Shown: in pieces, positions 61,031-64,000 of the stretch
Layout of the letters: every line of letters starts with the position of its first letter
Position numbering within the stretch: the stretch's first letter is position 1
Source: Gekko japonicus
Lineage: Eukaryota
Assembly: GCF_001447785.1 (NCBI RefSeq)
Contig: NW_015163605.1
Location: 212,787 to 276,786, forward strand
Length of the DNA stretch: 64,000 nucleotides
Direction of reading: 5' to 3'
Translations under genes and position numbers: made by a program
The notes under the pieces: model-generated
Databases searched by the model: none
Told to the model about the DNA's origin: nothing
The model's input: only the letters and a program-made list of their open reading frames with translations

Positions 61031-61173
61031 CTGTTAAGCAACAAACACACTTACATTGAACAAACCAACCCAACATAAAATGGATTGACTCAATAATGGC
61101 CTGGCCTGTTAAGCAACAAACACACACTTATATTGAACAAACCGACCCAACATAAAATGGATTGACTCAATAA
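61022..61173. repeat. Tandem duplication (75 + 77 bp) spanning the exon ~11 acceptor
   Basis: tggcctggcctgttaagcaacaaacacac...ggattgactcaataa at 61022 and 61097. Confidence 0.92.
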
Positions 61174-61534
61174 AGGAAGCCACGGCCCTCAGTTTGCAAG
61201 ACCTAAGCAAGGACGTTTGGGGGGTGTTAAACCATAAGGTCATTATAAGTCAGAAGCGACTTGAAGGCACTTAGCACACACATTCAAAACTCTGTGCAAC
61301 AATTTTGCATCCATGTAATTTATATCTATACTGCCTTTTGATTACTGCAGATTAGCAATCTTTTTTTACAGCAGAGGGTAATAACTTACATTTCCTTTTA
61401 AAAAAAACAACTACTCAGAGCCAAACTGCACGTTATATCAGAGATCAACGATTAGCTCTTCTGACTTTTTACTGAAATGGAGTCAAGGGAGGTGGATGCT
61501 AGTATTTGAGGGTAATGCTAAGGATAAAGGGTGT

Positions 61535-61823
61535 TGTAATGTATTCAGTCCCGACCGCGTGGCACCCAGGGGCTCCACGCGATCCTGCTAAACCTCGGAG
61601 CTTCGCTCCAGCGAACAATGGACTAAGCGGTTCCTAGCCCGCACCAATCCGAGGGCCTATGGAACTCTCAGCCACTGTAAATAGCCTATTACGGTATAGG
61701 GGTGTATTTTGGGGTGTGGTTTTCACATAATATAAGCCAGCCTGCGAGCCAGCTAAAGTTGTCTTGTTCTGCACTAATAAAAGTATGAGAGCTGTAATCA
61801 CTCATCAGCCTCAGTACTTTTCA
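61535..61823 (+). mobile_element. Solo LTR, 289 bp
   Basis: TG...CA ends; 5-bp TSD ggtgt (61530-61534, 61824-61828); TATAA near 61731; AATAAA near 61776. Confidence 0.8.
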
Positions 61824-62270
61824 GGTGTATTATAGGATAGGCAGGTTAGGGTTGGGTTCTTCATTCTTGGTCATCTGTAACAGAAACTCCTGAGTTCCTT
61901 AGTTCTCACCGGTGCAAGGTCTGGTTTGGATTGCATCTGTGGAGCACAGCTTCCCATTTCATGTCCTTTTCTTGGCCTGAAATCGTGAGAAAACCACATG
62001 AAAACTAAAGGGTTTTCCCAACAGGCCAAACAATGCCTCTCCTGAACCATTACAGGTCAGGAAAACAGCACGGAGGGGAAGGCTGAAGCCCTTTTCTACA
62101 TGTGCCACAGTCACAGTCAGAACTGGGCACTGCACGCAGGGGAACTGAAGCGTTCATGTTTGCAAAAGCAGAGAGTACATTATTGCTTAGTGTTCCTACC
62201 AAGTCTCTTTCAACTGCTAGCAAAGCCAGAGTTGTCAGTTAGGCCTGAGACATTGTTGAAAAGACTGAAC

Positions 62271-62700
62271 ACTGGTTCAGAATCTTTAAATTTGGGGAGA
62301 TGTGTTGAAAAGAAGCTGAAAGTTGGATTTTAATTATTTTGTCAGTGGCAAATTTTACAGCCCCAGTTCCTCTTCCTGGGGGTACACCTGTACCCCCATA
62401 TTTAGAAGAAGAGAGAAGAGATTGGATTTATACCCCACCCTTCACTACCCAAGGGAGTCTCAGAGCAGTTTACAAACTGGTTCAGAATCTTTAAATTTGG
62501 GGAGATCTATTGAAAAGAAGATGAAAGTTGGATTTTAATTATTTTTTCAGTGACAAATTTTACAGCCCTAGTTCCTCTTCCTGGGGGTACACCTGCACCC
62601 GCATATTTAGAAGAAGAGAGAAGAAATTGGATTTATACCCCGCCCTTCACTACCTAAGGGAGCCTCAGAGCAGCTTACAAACTCCTTATTCCCTCCCCAG
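62271..62700. repeat. Tandem duplication, period about 205 bp, each unit including a Squam3-like SINE tail
   Basis: actggttcagaatctttaaatttggggaga at 62271 and 62476. Confidence 0.9.
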
Positions 62701-64000
62701 GGAGATTTGTTTGTCCCCTTTGATCACTGTCTTCTGCCAAACAGTAGAAGACAGTGTTTTGTTTGCTGTTCCCTCAGTCACCCTTCCTTCCTGTTTATGT
62801 GCATGTGTTTATATTCTCTTAAAGTGTTTGTGTTGTTTATATTTTATAAATTATAAATAATTTATTATTATAAATAATGTATAAGAGAAAATGAGAGAGA
62901 GGCAGAGATGGATTTGTGGCACTCCCCGACCACCTTTTCACTCAGCAGTTGCAGTATTTTATCTCTGCCCATGGCATTTCCCACCACCAAACAGGTTGGA
63001 ATAAACTGGTATATGGAAAAACAGACGGTGCCTTGGTATTTTGATGGTGCGGTTTGGAAACCAAATGAAACTCAGGTCCTACTGAGTTTCATGACAAAGT
63101 TTCAGACTCGGATCTCCCTGGTCCTAGTCCTATCATTCTAACCACTATACAATATTGTGTTCTTGGGAAGGAGGAGGTTATGGCAGTCCGCCTATTGCTA
63201 GTGTAGGGGAGCGATCAGCCAGCTGGGCTTGTTGTCTTTTCTTTGCTGTCTTGTGAAAATGGGGTTTGTAAGTATAGCAATGGCTTCCTGCTTCCTAAGA
63301 ATGTGGTAATAGCAAAAACAACTGCTGCATTTAACAGCCTATTGGTCAAAAATACTACACCTGTATCTTTCAAGTGACAGCTTAGCTTTAACGAATCTCT
63401 ATTTGTGTGTGCACCTTTCCTGTAATCTTTACAAACAGTATTTCACCAAAGCAGGTTTACTCAAATAATCTCTTTTGTGGTTTTTCTTTTTGCAGTTGGC
63501 GAGGAATTAGCCAAGAAAGTACTGTGCCAGTCGACACGTTTTCAAATTCTGTTTATGCATTCTTGAGCTTTCCTTTAGCACGAGTGAAAATATCACATAT
63601 CAGAAGCGGCCATCAGTTGTGGAGGAGTTCCCTTCTTCTGCTTTCCCAGGTGTCATGAGGTATAATATTAGCCCTCACAGCTTCTGCAAGCCTGTGTGGT
63701 GCCCACTGATGTAGATTTCCAGGAGTCCTGCTGTGTGAAGACCTACTTTCTGCGGCAAACTCATCAGGTGAGCAATGGCCTGTTACAGCTGGGGATAATA
63801 AATGGGAGGCAGACAGAGAACCAGGCTGCACATTAGGGGAAGAAGAGAGAGTTCAGGAGAAATTATATGATCAATAAACACCATCAACTGTTTGAGTAGT
63901 CCATCAAGGTCACAGACACTCAAGTTTCTCTGTTACGGCAATGTGGACAAGAATAAGGAATTGCTCCTCAGAATCAAGCAGCCGCTGCTGTGCTTTCCGC

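Noticed and set aside
61174-64000. Preceding RAPGEF4 exon or the Epac2C alternative start
   Set aside because: No match to the expected ...GPDAHMRMILRK peptide was found; it presumably lies beyond the window.

Overview
Vertebrate genomic DNA, most likely a squamate and probably a gecko, inferred from the repeat content (Sauria SINE, Squam3-like SINEs, 5S-derived SINEs, CR1, BovB-like RTE). The window holds the 3' two-thirds of RAPGEF4 (Epac2, cAMP-GEFII) on the minus strand. I traced 21 coding exons by hand from 61030 down to the TAA stop at 1007-1009. They total 2029 nt (about 675 aa, covering the CNB-B, REM, RA and CDC25-homology domains) with consistent splice phases and no internal stops; the 5' exons lie beyond the window. 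One intron (33931-42964) is a minor-spliceosome U12 AT-AC intron. The introns are rich in transposons: SINEs, LINE fragments, hAT-type MITEs with 8-bp TSDs and a solo LTR. The main second-look items are: (i) fold-back elements carrying degenerate Penelope-type minimal hammerhead ribozyme motifs; (ii) a roughly 230-bp-arm inverted repeat with a 16-bp TSD; (iii) a tandem duplication of an exon's 3' splice site that creates a stop-containing decoy acceptor; (iv) a 53-bp inverted copy bracketing a coding exon. Two N-gaps are present, and the 1.4-kb duplication around the first is probably an assembly artefact. Almost all ORFs in the supplied track are spurious or derived from repeats. Exon numbers follow my recollection of the 31-exon human gene and are approximate; repeat boundaries are approximate unless a TSD is quoted.
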